From: a virus | Lineage: Duplodnaviria; Heunggongvirae; Uroviricota; Caudoviricetes | Virus record (IMG/VR): IMGVR_UViG_2563366854_000002 | Coordinates: 1-25,932 of that record | DNA length: 25,932 nucleotides | Reading direction: 5' to 3' (one strand) | Shown here: one piece after another, positions 8,861 through 17,218 of the stretch | Layout: the number at the start of each line of letters is the position of its first letter | How positions within the stretch are numbered: the first letter of the stretch is position 1 | Program-made: the position numbers and the translations under genes | Notes under the pieces: generated by a model | Database searches by the model: none | Seen by the model: only the letters and a program-made list of their open reading frames with translations | Told to the model about the DNA's origin: nothing

Positions 8861-9926
8861 CTTCGTTCACCTCTGATCCTATTATTATATTATAGGCATT
8901 TTCAGCGGCGGACTCAATTAATTCACTAATATGTTTTTTCTCTTGTGCCGTTGCCGCGCGAATGGTTACATTGAAACCGTCTTCTTTTTGATTGTTTATA
9001 CCTTTAATTTGATAGGCAAAGTCACAGCATTTTTCTGAGTCTTTGAAAAATGCTTCGACGTTGATTCTGTCTCCAATTCCACTTGTCGGCTTTGAAGACC
9101 ATGCAATACGCCCGATATAATAACCTTTCTCATGTAGTTGAGAAAATATAGCTGAACTATTTACCCCTTCACCATTAAGGACGGCTTTCTTAACAAATCC
9201 GGTATCAATAGTTTCTTCCTTGTCTTCATCCTCACTAGCATCAGTACTGCGATTTAATTCGACTTTTGTTACGTCATCAGTCTCATAACCGCGTAGACCA
9301 TTCATTAATTCCTGAAAAAACTGACTTCGCAATGTAGGATCAGTTATTGCTAGTAATGATATTTCGAAGCGCTCGATAGGTTCGGACTTGATTTTAGATA
9401 GCTCGTTTTGCAAGCTCTCAATAACTTTTTTTGCCTCGGGGTTTTGAGGCATACGTACTTCAACTTTGTCAGCTCCAGGGCGAAGTTCTATTATAACATT
9501 CCGCTTGTCGATCTGACGTAATGCAGTTTTAGACAGGTCTATTTCTTCATATTTGTATTCTACTGTAAGCGAGCCATCTTTTTTAGCTACAATATTCAGG
9601 CTTTGACCTTTACTAGGGGAGCATGTTTTTTTTAGTGCTTCAGCAGCACTTTTTAATTCGGCCTGATTTGTTGAGGTTTGGAAGCTCACACTAGTAGTGC
9701 TTTCCCTTGGGTCATATGTTTTGACCAGTTTTTTTATGTGTTCTAATTCATTAAATCCGTGAGGAAGTTTGGATATTTCCTCGATTAGTATTTCCTTGTC
9801 GAGTTCTGGTGATAAAAACACACCTCGATTCAACAATAATTCATGCAACTTTGCAGCGGTTATCCTTTTATGATGTAATGCATCATAAATATTTTTATCA
9901 GTTGCGAAATATAGTTTTTTAGCCAT
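8847..9926 (-). CDS. Cargo operon gene 2: hypothetical protein (359 aa) with an acidic linker between two regions, no family recognised
   Basis: ATG at 9924-9926 with GGAG upstream; TAATG stop/start overlap with gene 1; AT-rich. Confidence 0.75.
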   Translation of the reverse strand: MAKKLYFATDKNIYDALHHKRITAAKLHELLLNRGVFLSPELDKEILIEEISKLPHGFNELEHIKKLVKTYDPRESTTSVSFQTSTNQAELKSAAEALKKTCSPSKGQSLNIVAKKDGSLTVEYKYEEIDLSKTALRQIDKRNVIIELRPGADKVEVRMPQNPEAKKVIESLQNELSKIKSEPIERFEISLLAITDPTLRSQFFQELMNGLRGYETDDVTKVELNRSTDASEDEDKEETIDTGFVKKAVLNGEGVNSSAIFSQLHEKGYYIGRIAWSSKPTSGIGDRINVEAFFKDSEKCCDFAYQIKGINNQKEDGFNVTIRAATAQEKKHISELIESAAENAYNIIIGSEVNEDEKG

Positions 9927-10927
9927 TATCGTTGCTCCATGCCGATTTGTTCAAGATTATATTCAACAACAATTTTGTCTGTCTTGTCGAAGTCAATTTT
10001 AAGAAAAAGTCTTTCATCCTCGCCTAAGAGCCAGTCTGTGCTGTATTTCTTTTTCGCTCTTTCAAAATGATGAATGGCATTTTCATTTGGGTGAATGTGA
10101 CAATGGCGTAATACGATTGGTTTACCTTCGGTTAATATCTGATAAGTTGATAACATATCAAAGAAGTAAACGAATTCGTCTACTGAATCCCCCGGTTGAT
10201 TGTAATAAACAACATATCCCTCAGGGTTTTTATCCCTGAGCCAACTGAAAGCCTCATGCTTTATTATAATGTATGGTGATGTTAATAATTCAATTGTTGC
10301 AGGTGTTGTCTGATTAATAGGGTGCTTTATTCTTGTTAGGGAAAGATCTGGATAATAATATGTGAACTTATCAGGTTGAGGAAGTTTGCCTGAACCAATT
10401 AACTTAGTTATGTCAGAAGATATGTTTATCAAATCTGATATTTTATAAGGGTCAAGCAAATGTAGTTTGATGTTTGGAGGGCAATTTATAGATGAGTGAT
10501 CTAATTTTTTTGTAATATTCTCATAGAAGTCTTTATCATATAAATTATCATGGTTATATAAGAATAATAACCCTCTTACGTTATAACCTAAAGAATCATC
10601 ATGAACATATTTCAATCGCCATTCTTCACTGACATTTGCACACTCGGTAGCTAAAGCAAGCGATGTTAAAGCTCCCTCGACTATTTTTTTCCCAATAGTA
10701 CCTTCTGCATAGCTTTTGAGGTCTGTGTTGAGATAGACCATTTCCTCCTCATATGGATCTATGTAGAAAAATACAACATCGCTTGGATGTGTTTTCTTGG
10801 AATGAGCCTCTTGGCAACAATCCCAATTCATGTCCGCTCTAGCGGCACGATCCCATTTGAACACTGAGAAAATATCATCAGAAATCTTACCCGCGACTCG
10901 TTGTATAGCCGAAGTCTCTCCACCCAT
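9926..10927 (-). CDS. Cargo operon gene 1: hypothetical protein (333 aa), no family recognised; has an R-x4-H spacing (RHCHIH) near the C-terminus
   Basis: ATG at 10925-10927 with AAGGAG 7 nt upstream; first gene of a three-gene minus-strand operon; AT-rich. Confidence 0.75.
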   Translation of the reverse strand: MGGETSAIQRVAGKISDDIFSVFKWDRAARADMNWDCCQEAHSKKTHPSDVVFFYIDPYEEEMVYLNTDLKSYAEGTIGKKIVEGALTSLALATECANVSEEWRLKYVHDDSLGYNVRGLLFLYNHDNLYDKDFYENITKKLDHSSINCPPNIKLHLLDPYKISDLINISSDITKLIGSGKLPQPDKFTYYYPDLSLTRIKHPINQTTPATIELLTSPYIIIKHEAFSWLRDKNPEGYVVYYNQPGDSVDEFVYFFDMLSTYQILTEGKPIVLRHCHIHPNENAIHHFERAKKKYSTDWLLGEDERLFLKIDFDKTDKIVVEYNLEQIGMEQR

Positions 10928-11077
10928 TTCAATCTCGCTCCTTTACAATTGCTGTGGCAATCTGCCTGAAAATCCATCTGACTTGATGAGTAATCTAACC
11001 ATATGGTTCGTATGCGTTTGTTGCATGACTATAGCGCATGAAAATGAATGATCGCAAAAGGATCGTTTTTGCTCAGT

Positions 11078-11104
11078 CCCGCCAGTTCTGGCGGGCTTTT
11101 ACTT
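11078..11104 (+). terminator. GC hairpin (cccgcca-gttc-tggcggg) followed by cttttactt, just left of cos
   Basis: Read directly; may be a terminator or part of the cos-flanking packaging region. Confidence 0.35.
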
Positions 11105-11145
11105 ATGTCATGCAGGTGCATGAAAACCACTACACAAAGCGGGCA

Positions 11146-11164
11146 GGCGTGGCGGGGATACGAG
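11146..11164. other. cos: Putative cos site (19-nt cohesive-end sequence GGCGTGGCGGGGATACGAG)
   Basis: Matches the P2 cohesive end as I recall it (GGCGAGGCGGGGAAAGCAC) at 15 of 19 positions, followed by GCGCGCGCTG as in the P2 left end; lies between the A-side region and portal Q, where cos is in P2-like prophages. Confidence 0.6.
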
Positions 11165-11232
11165 CGCGCGCTGTGCGTGGTTGTAAAAGGAAATTGTTTT
11201 CGGTATAACCACTTCCATTAGAAGGAGAATTT

Positions 11233-11478
11233 ATGAAAATTTTTGCAATAGTCATTACATGTATGCTGGCATCGATTGCAGGATTATGGCTTTATATGGA
11301 TCCTGGTTTTGATTCTATTGTTGCATTTTTGGCTGCAGTTAGCGCTTTAGCTGGATTACTTATCACTACAAAAAATAAATATAATTCTATGAGCCAATCA
11401 GTTGGTGATAATTCAACTGCTGTCCAGGCTAGAGGTGATATTAAAATTGATTGTATAAATACAGGTGATAAAAAATAA
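11233..11478 (+). CDS. Small membrane protein (81 aa, two predicted TM helices) with a C-terminal GDNSTAVQARGD motif
   Basis: ATG with AGGAG 7 nt upstream; hydrophobic segments IFAIVITCMLASIAGLWLY and IVAFLAAVSALAGLLITT; AT-rich. Confidence 0.7.
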   Translation: MKIFAIVITCMLASIAGLWLYMDPGFDSIVAFLAAVSALAGLLITTKNKYNSMSQSVGDNSTAVQARGDIKIDCINTGDKK

Positions 11479-11487
11479 GGAGGATAT

Positions 11488-12345
11488 ATGTTTAGTGATA
11501 AGCAAAAGCAACAAATAGGTAATAATTCGTATGCAATTCAAGCTGGAAATAATGTAAATGTTTCAGGGATGTCGTTTTCCGAGGTTAGAGAACTATTCAA
11601 CATTCTCTTCGAAAATCAGTTTCCAAAATTGAAAGATGTTGCTTATGCTGCAGCTCAAGAGAATGCAAAAGATTTTGAAGAGCGTGTCGTTTCGGATTTA
11701 ACAAAAAACGTTGATAGATTGATTATTGATAAATTTTGCGATCCGGACGTTCAGGCTACATTGACTGAGGCATTAAAGTCATCAGCCAGGAAGGGAAAGA
11801 AAGCTAATATGGATGTGCTTTCTCAGTTGTTAGTTGAACGAGTCTCCAATAACAATGACGATTTTAGAGATATAGTTTTAACGGAGGCAGTTACCGTCGT
11901 TCCCAAGTTAACACAGCAACAAATATCACTTATAACGATAGTTTTTCTTCTCAAGAATGTTGAGATCAAAGACCCTGTTAATGGTGTTCGATTGGATTTG
12001 TTGGAGCACAATTTTAGAAACTTTGAATCAATGTATACTAATGGGTTTAATTTGTCTCAAGCCCAGATATATCACATTCAATATGCAGGGGCTTGTTCAT
12101 GGAATACTTTTTTAGGGATGGATGTTGAAGACTATTTTATGAGTAAATATCCGACTGATATAAAAGATAAGAGTGCATATATTTCAAATCTTAAGTTAGT
12201 TGCCCCTCATGTGTCTGCATTTTTAGAAAAATTTTCAAAGAGCAACTATCAAGGAATTGAATTAACAAGTGTAGGGCAAGCAATTGCTCTGGCTGTTTTT
12301 TCAAGATACGTAGGAAGATTGGATTATAATATTTGGTTAAAGTAG
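11488..12345 (+). CDS. Hypothetical protein (285 aa), no family recognised; N-terminal GNNSYAIQAGNN motif resembles the C-terminus of the upstream small protein
   Basis: ATG with AAGGAGG 6 nt upstream; 9 nt downstream of the 81-aa gene; AT-rich. Confidence 0.75.
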   Translation: MFSDKQKQQIGNNSYAIQAGNNVNVSGMSFSEVRELFNILFENQFPKLKDVAYAAAQENAKDFEERVVSDLTKNVDRLIIDKFCDPDVQATLTEALKSSARKGKKANMDVLSQLLVERVSNNNDDFRDIVLTEAVTVVPKLTQQQISLITIVFLLKNVEIKDPVNGVRLDLLEHNFRNFESMYTNGFNLSQAQIYHIQYAGACSWNTFLGMDVEDYFMSKYPTDIKDKSAYISNLKLVAPHVSAFLEKFSKSNYQGIELTSVGQAIALAVFSRYVGRLDYNIWLK

Positions 12346-12370
12346 GGCATTATTTGCCCTACTTTATTAT
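12341..12370. terminator. Hairpin (agtagggc-attattt-gccctact) plus ttattat, a bidirectional terminator between the 285-aa gene and portal Q
   Basis: Read directly; overlaps the stop codon of the 285-aa gene and lies 3' of the convergent Q gene. Confidence 0.5.
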
Positions 12371-13398
12371 AATTCATATGGTTGGAAAGAAATTATTTCA
12401 TCACTCAACCATTCATTAATTTCTTTAATTCGCTTTTGCAGCGGTATCAATTCGTTACGGACAAACACCTTACTCGCCTTTTCCACATCCCCAAATCCCC
12501 CAACATTACTCGGCATAATCCCCATCATCTGCGGCGGAACGCGGTGTGCAGCCATCATGTCGTCTCGGCTCACGTTCTTAATGTTCAGAAACTCATCCTT
12601 TGCCGCTACCTCTGACAGCGGGATTATCTGAATCCCGTCCTTTTTGCCGTTGGGTGAATACATAAACAGGTTGCGGAAGTTGCCCGGTCCTTTAGCGCTT
12701 TTCATGGCCTGGCGGATGTTGTTCACGTCCTCCTGGTTCTGCGCGGCGTCGGTCATATACATGATGAACCCTGCATGACTGCCATTGATGTAGTATTTAC
12801 GCCGGAACAGCGTAGCGGACTCGTTCAGCAAGGCGGACGGAATGGCGGACAGATATTCCGGCAGGCCGTAAATTTCCTGGTTCAGGTCCGGCTCCATCAG
12901 GTGAAAGATACTGCCTTTAGTGAACTCGTAGGGCTGCGTGGTTAGACCGTATTGCACAAACCAGTAGGTGTCTAAGTCGATCCCGCGGCGGGTGTATTTC
13001 GCCAGCGATGGCTCCAGCGACAGAATGCCGCCGAGCCGGTTCGTTCGTTTCTCCAGATAAGCGTTACCAAACACCAAATAGTCCTGCACAAAGCGGCTGA
13101 ATGCCTGCTGGCTCAGTAATGGATGTGGGATAAATGTACTGGTCAGAATGTTGCGTTTGACGGCAATCGGTGAGCTGTGATGTACGGCGGCGCGATAGGT
13201 GCGAGCCAGCCCATCAAAACTGACCGGCGGTTCATACCATCTGTCCATCTGTACGCATTCCACATAGTCCAGCAGCTCGCGGCGGTCCAGTACCGGGATC
13301 GGATCGCCAAAGCTGAAAGCCTCGGCACTTACGCCTGTGTTTTTCGGTGCCGTAGCTTCTGTTGGCGTTGTGCTGGTTAAGGCTTCGGGTTCACTCAT
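12367..13398 (-). CDS. Q: Phage portal protein (P2 gpQ-like), 343 aa from ATG at 13396-13398
   Basis: Size and position next to the terminase large subunit; TGATG overlap with the P stop; the track start at 13401 is TTG. Confidence 0.9.
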   Translation of the reverse strand: MSEPEALTSTTPTEATAPKNTGVSAEAFSFGDPIPVLDRRELLDYVECVQMDRWYEPPVSFDGLARTYRAAVHHSSPIAVKRNILTSTFIPHPLLSQQAFSRFVQDYLVFGNAYLEKRTNRLGGILSLEPSLAKYTRRGIDLDTYWFVQYGLTTQPYEFTKGSIFHLMEPDLNQEIYGLPEYLSAIPSALLNESATLFRRKYYINGSHAGFIMYMTDAAQNQEDVNNIRQAMKSAKGPGNFRNLFMYSPNGKKDGIQIIPLSEVAAKDEFLNIKNVSRDDMMAAHRVPPQMMGIMPSNVGGFGDVEKASKVFVRNELIPLQKRIKEINEWLSDEIISFQPYEL

Positions 13399-15164
13399 CA
13401 AAAAATCTCCACAATATTGCTGGTATTGGCGGATTCGCCCTGCAGCGGTTCGTTAAACAGTGCGTGCATTGTTGCCCAGGCCAGATCGGCGTGGCTGGCT
13501 TCTTCGCTGCGGCTGGCTTCATAGGTCGGGCGGTTGCCGCTGGCGGTGGTTGCGCGCCGGATTGCCATAAATGACTGCGCTATGTCGGTGTGTCCGGCGT
13601 CAAACTCCAGACGGCGGTGACTGATAATGTCGTAGGCTTTGAGTACTAGGGCATTTTTAACATTGGGGTTGTAGACAAACTCCCGGACGGCAGGAAAGAA
13701 CGCTTTCACGTTCTCATAAACCCCGTGACCGACGCCTGTCGAGTCGATGCCGATATAGGTCACGTTGTACTGCTCGGTCAGTTTTTTGATTGCATCAGCC
13801 TGGGCGCGGAAGTCCATCCCGCGCCACTGGTGACGCTCAAGAATGCGAAACTTACCGCCTGGCACGGCTGGCGGTGCCACCACCACGCATCCGGCACTGT
13901 CGCCGTTCTGCGTACCTTTTGCCGGGTCATAACCGATCCACACTTCGCGCCAGCCAAACGGGCGCAGGGCCAGAGCATGAAAGTCGGTCCAGACTTCCCA
14001 ACTGTCCACCATGCACGCCTGCAGCTCGCTGAGCGGAAACACGGACGCGAGATCGTCCACAAACTCGCACATCAGCAGGTTCTGGTATTCGTCCGGGCTG
14101 TACTCCATGCGCAACTGGTCAAGGTCGAACAGGTTGCAGCCGCCGCGCACCGCATCTTCCACGGTGACTATCTGGCGGTATTGCCCGTCTGCGCACAGCA
14201 GGCCGGGGGCCAGATTGCTGTGGGACAGGTCGATGTCCACCTTATCGGCTTTGTTGCGCCCACGGTTGAACAGTGCACCGGACCAGAACGGATAAGCACT
14301 GTGTGTCAGGCTGGATGGCGTGGAAAAATAGGTTTGTCGCCATTTCTTGTGAATAGCCATACCAGAAGCCACTTTGCGCAGCTCCTGGAATTTCGGTATC
14401 CAGAAATATTCATCCAGATACAGATTGCCGTGGTAACTCTGGGCCGTGCGGGCATTGGTGCCGAGGAAATACAGTGTGGCCCCGTTGGGAAGCACCATCG
14501 GATCGCCTTTCAGCTCCACCTCCACTTCTTTGGCAAAGTCGATGATGTACTGTTTGAAAACGTGGGCCTGTGCCTTACTGGCAGAAAGGAAAATCTGGTT
14601 ACGTCTGGTTAGCAGGGCGTCAATCAGGGCTTCACGGGCAAAATAGAAGGTCGCGCCGATCTGGCGTGACTTCAGCAGGTTGCGGATGCGGTTGGTTTTT
14701 CCGGCTTCCCACCAGTGGCGCTGGTAGTTGAACATGGAGGAATGGAAGATTTCTTCTAGCTTCTCAATCTGTTCATCGGTGAAGACATTTTTTTCCGGCT
14801 GACGGCGCGGGCCTTTGTTGCGGTTGGCGACGTTAGGGTTTAAGTCGGCTTCGTTGCCGCCATTGTTAAACTTGCCGATCCGCGCGTGGCGCTCAGACTG
14901 GCGCGCCAGCAGGTCAATCTCTTTGAAATCTTTCCCTTCTTTGTGCTCCTTCATAATGAGCTGGCAGTAGCGTGCGGCGGTGGTGAGCTGCATCTGATCC
15001 AGCGGCCCATAGTCACCCCACTTGTCGCGTTTTTTCCAGCTGTGAACGGTTGCAACTTTCTCGCCCAGCATTTCAGCAATGCGGGCTACGCGGTATCCCT
15101 GAAAGTACAGCAGCATGGCCTGCCGACGGGGATCGAGATCTGCGGGTGTCAGTGTGGTGTTCAT
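13398..15164 (-). CDS. P: Terminase large (ATPase) subunit, P2 gpP-like (588 aa)
   Basis: Size, position between portal and scaffold genes, and P2 synteny. Confidence 0.9.
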   Translation of the reverse strand: MNTTLTPADLDPRRQAMLLYFQGYRVARIAEMLGEKVATVHSWKKRDKWGDYGPLDQMQLTTAARYCQLIMKEHKEGKDFKEIDLLARQSERHARIGKFNNGGNEADLNPNVANRNKGPRRQPEKNVFTDEQIEKLEEIFHSSMFNYQRHWWEAGKTNRIRNLLKSRQIGATFYFAREALIDALLTRRNQIFLSASKAQAHVFKQYIIDFAKEVEVELKGDPMVLPNGATLYFLGTNARTAQSYHGNLYLDEYFWIPKFQELRKVASGMAIHKKWRQTYFSTPSSLTHSAYPFWSGALFNRGRNKADKVDIDLSHSNLAPGLLCADGQYRQIVTVEDAVRGGCNLFDLDQLRMEYSPDEYQNLLMCEFVDDLASVFPLSELQACMVDSWEVWTDFHALALRPFGWREVWIGYDPAKGTQNGDSAGCVVVAPPAVPGGKFRILERHQWRGMDFRAQADAIKKLTEQYNVTYIGIDSTGVGHGVYENVKAFFPAVREFVYNPNVKNALVLKAYDIISHRRLEFDAGHTDIAQSFMAIRRATTASGNRPTYEASRSEEASHADLAWATMHALFNEPLQGESANTSNIVEIF

Positions 15165-15210
15165 GGCACAAACCTACAGCCTTGAATGAAGGCTTTCCCC
15201 GCCTGCGGTT

Positions 15211-15228
15211 TGTGTGGTTGTCGGTACA
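15211..15228. promoter_or_regulatory. TGT-N12-ACA dyad (TGTgtggttgtcggtACA), candidate Ogr-dependent late-promoter element in the P/O divergent region
   Basis: Read directly; P2 late promoters carry a TGT-N12-ACA dyad near -55; the site is ~88 nt upstream of the O start. Confidence 0.45.
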
Positions 15229-15306
15229 AATACCGCGCATTGTTTCACTGCCCCCATCACCGCAACCATAAGGCTCCAGTAAGTTTTTTCTAACGGAGCA
15301 CGGCTC

Positions 15307-16140
15307 ATGACAGTGAAAGCAAAGCGTTTTCGCATCGGGGTGGAAGGTGCCACCACCGACGGACGCGAAATCCAGCGTGAATGGCTGGAACAGATGGCAG
15401 CCAGCTACAACCCGGCGGTGTATACCGCGCTGATTAACCTTGAGCACATCAAGTCTTATCTGCCGGACAGCACCTTTAACCGCTACGGCAAGGTGACGGC
15501 GCTGTTTGCTGAAGAAATCACGGAAGGTCCGCTGGCAGGCAAGATGGCGCTGTATGCCGACGTTGAGCCAACGGAGTCCCTGGTGGAACTGGTGAAAAAA
15601 GGCCAGAAATTATTCACCTCTATGGAAGTCAGCCCGAAGTTCGCTGATACGGGCAAAGCCTACCTGGTCGGCCTGGCTGCCACTGATGACCCTGCCAGTC
15701 TGGGTACGGAAATGCTGACATTCAGCGCCAGTGCAGCCCATAACCCGCTGGCAAACCGCAAGCAGAATCCTGCCAATCTCTTTACCGCTGCAGAGGAAAC
15801 GGTGATCGAACTGGAAGAAATCCAGGACGACAAACCGTCCCTGTTTGCCCGCGTCACGGCGCTGTTTACCAAAAAAGAGCAGTCCGATGACGCCCGGTTC
15901 TCTGATGTGCATAAGGCCGTGGAGCTGGTCGCCACTGAGCAGCAGAACCTGAGCGCACGCACCGAAAAATCCCTGTCTGAGCAGGAAGAACGCCTGTCTG
16001 AGCTGGAGGCTGCCCTGCAGGCACAGCAAACCGCCTTTAACGAACTGGTGGACAAGCTGAGTCATGAAGACAGCCGCCAGGACTACCGCCAGCGTGCAAC
16101 AGGCGGTAACGCCCCCGCTGACACTCTGACCAATTGCTGA
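15307..16140 (+). CDS. O: Capsid scaffolding protein (P2 gpO-like, 277 aa)
   Basis: Position before the major capsid gene; coiled-coil-like acidic C-terminal half. Confidence 0.9.
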   Translation: MTVKAKRFRIGVEGATTDGREIQREWLEQMAASYNPAVYTALINLEHIKSYLPDSTFNRYGKVTALFAEEITEGPLAGKMALYADVEPTESLVELVKKGQKLFTSMEVSPKFADTGKAYLVGLAATDDPASLGTEMLTFSASAAHNPLANRKQNPANLFTAAEETVIELEEIQDDKPSLFARVTALFTKKEQSDDARFSDVHKAVELVATEQQNLSARTEKSLSEQEERLSELEAALQAQQTAFNELVDKLSHEDSRQDYRQRATGGNAPADTLTNC

Positions 16141-16156
16141 TGGAGCACAAAACCCG

Positions 16157-17215
16157 ATGAAGAAGAATACCCGCTTTGCTTTTAACGCTTACCTGCAGCA
16201 GCTGGCGCGTCTGAACGGTGTGGCAGTTGAAGAACTGTCCAGCAAGTTCACCGTGGAGCCGTCTGTGCAGCAGACGCTGGAAGACCAGATCCAGCAGTCC
16301 GCCGCTTTCCTGACGCTGATTAACGTCACGCCAGTGACTGAGCAGTCCGGTCAGCTGCTGGGGCTGGGTGTTGGCAGCACCATTGCCGGAACCACTGACA
16401 CCACCGCGAAAGAGCGTGAACCTGTCGATCCGACGCTGATGGTCGATGTGGAATACAAATGCGAACAGACCAACTTTGACACGGTACTGACCTACGCGAA
16501 GCTGGACCTGTGGGCGAAGTTTCAGGATTTCCAGGTGCGTATCCGTGACGCCATCGTGAAACGTCAGGCACTGGACCGCATCATGATCGGCTTTAACGGT
16601 GTGAAGCGTGCGAAAACCTCCAACCGTAGCGAAAACCCGCTGCTGCAGGATGTGAACAAAGGCTGGCTGCAGAAAATCCGTGAGGATGCACCGGATCACG
16701 TCATGGGCAGCACCACCACGGGCGGTGAAACCACACCGGGCGCGGTGAAAGTCGGGAAAGGTGGCGAATATACCAACCTGGACGCCGTGGTGATGGATGC
16801 CGTCAATGAGCTTATCGACGTGGTCTACCAGGACGATGACGATCTGGTGGTGATTTGCGGTCGTGAGCTGCTATCTGACAAGTATTTCCCGCTGATCAAC
16901 AAAGAGCAGGAAAACAGTGAAAAACTGGCTGCCGATATGATCATCAGTCAGAAACGCATGGGAGGCCTGCAGGCCGTGCGTGCGCCGTTCTTCCCGCCGA
17001 ATGCGCTGCTGATCACCCGTCTGGATAACCTGTCCATCTACTGGCAGGAAGACACCCGCCGCCGTTCAGTTATCGACAACCCGAAACGTGACCGGATTGA
17101 AAACTTTGAATCCGTTAACGAAGCCTATGTGGTTGAGGACTACCGCTGCGCCGCACTGGTGGAAAACATCCAGATTGGCGATTTCAGCGCCGCCGCAGCA
17201 GAAACCGGAGAGTAA
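16157..17215 (+). CDS. N: Major capsid protein (P2 gpN-like, 352 aa)
   Basis: N-terminus MKKNTRFAFNAYLQQLARLNGV and overall pattern match the P2 gpN family as I recall it. Confidence 0.9.
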   Translation: MKKNTRFAFNAYLQQLARLNGVAVEELSSKFTVEPSVQQTLEDQIQQSAAFLTLINVTPVTEQSGQLLGLGVGSTIAGTTDTTAKEREPVDPTLMVDVEYKCEQTNFDTVLTYAKLDLWAKFQDFQVRIRDAIVKRQALDRIMIGFNGVKRAKTSNRSENPLLQDVNKGWLQKIREDAPDHVMGSTTTGGETTPGAVKVGKGGEYTNLDAVVMDAVNELIDVVYQDDDDLVVICGRELLSDKYFPLINKEQENSEKLAADMIISQKRMGGLQAVRAPFFPPNALLITRLDNLSIYWQEDTRRRSVIDNPKRDRIENFESVNEAYVVEDYRCAALVENIQIGDFSAAAAETGE

Positions 17216-17218
17216 TCC

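Noticed and set aside
10206-10224. Possible HEPN-like R-x4-H motif in cargo gene 1 (codons for LRHCHIH)
   Set aside because: Not rejected outright but too short and proline-flanked to call a domain; kept only as a speculative note in the main finding pending profile or structure searches.
13725-14612. 295-aa plus-strand ORF and several 60-100-aa ORFs inside the terminase large subunit gene
   Set aside because: Antisense or out-of-frame to a conserved structural gene; Arg/Ala/Pro-rich translations typical of GC-rich shadow frames.
15610-16699. Minus-strand ORFs of 131-220 aa overlapping the scaffold and capsid genes
   Set aside because: Antisense to conserved head genes; low-complexity translations; no independent support.
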